This document shows positions 63,640 through 64,000 of a stretch of DNA of 64,000 nucleotides, in pieces (positions within the stretch are counted from its first letter, which is position 1; every line of letters starts with the position of its first letter). Position numbers and translations under genes: made by a program. This DNA comes from Basidiobolus meristosporus CBS 931.73 (lineage: Eukaryota; Fungi; Basidiobolomycota), in the NCBI GenBank assembly GCA_002104905.1, contig MCFE01000152.1, positions 62,001 through 126,000 on the forward strand, given 5' to 3'. Below the pieces are notes generated by a model. It worked only from the letters and a program-made list of their open reading frames with translations, was not told the DNA's origin and searched no databases.

Positions 63640-64000
63640 ACAACATGTTGGTATGCTGGTGAATCAAGTATTGACCAAGGATCTATACTTCCTGTAGAAT
63701 CTCGTGAAATTAGCTATTAGGATGATTTTGGGAAGGCCACGGAAAGGCGTGCGCAGCATTTGGGGCTTTCGGGCGACTTGAAAATCCTCTCTTCCTTCAA
63801 TGTTTCCATAATCCTGAACAATCAGCACCAGGAACACGAACTGAATTCCAAGTCGAAGTTAGTGAAGAATTGGGAAACAGATCCTCCTCGACCATTTCGA
63901 AATCCAGATTATTCTCCAAGACATTGTTTACTGTTGAATGGCTGGCAGGTGCTAAACTAATCATTGGAAACCCATTAATTAATGGTACCCTTGAAAAGGC

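Overview
Eukaryotic DNA, most likely an early-diverging fungus (inferred from short GT-AG introns, a CUL2-type cullin and the TE content). Bases 1-33.7 kb are a CpG-depleted nest of transposons. It contains several decayed CACTA/EnSpm-type (Tnp2) elements with CCCT(A/G) termini and two Ty1/copia remnants. A 15-kb nested Ty3/gypsy element carries a decayed extra 3' ORF, two solo LTRs and a third, interrupted LTR holding a young chromovirus. A 3.4-kb IS5/PHIS-like (DDE_Tnp_4) transposon has an intact transposase, a divergent partner ORF, a TA target duplication and a cognate 209-bp MITE. Bases 34-64 kb are mostly CpG-normal gene space: an HMG-box factor, an unusual histone H3 variant, a USP4/11/15-like deubiquitinase, an ankyrin-PH-ORD oxysterol-binding protein lacking the EQVSHHPP motif, a small Cys-rich membrane protein, cullin-2, an Atf1-like bZIP and a DUF1308 protein, with scattered copia solo LTRs. 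No rRNA, tRNA or CRISPR array was recognised. All coordinates and alignments were read by eye; no database searches were run.
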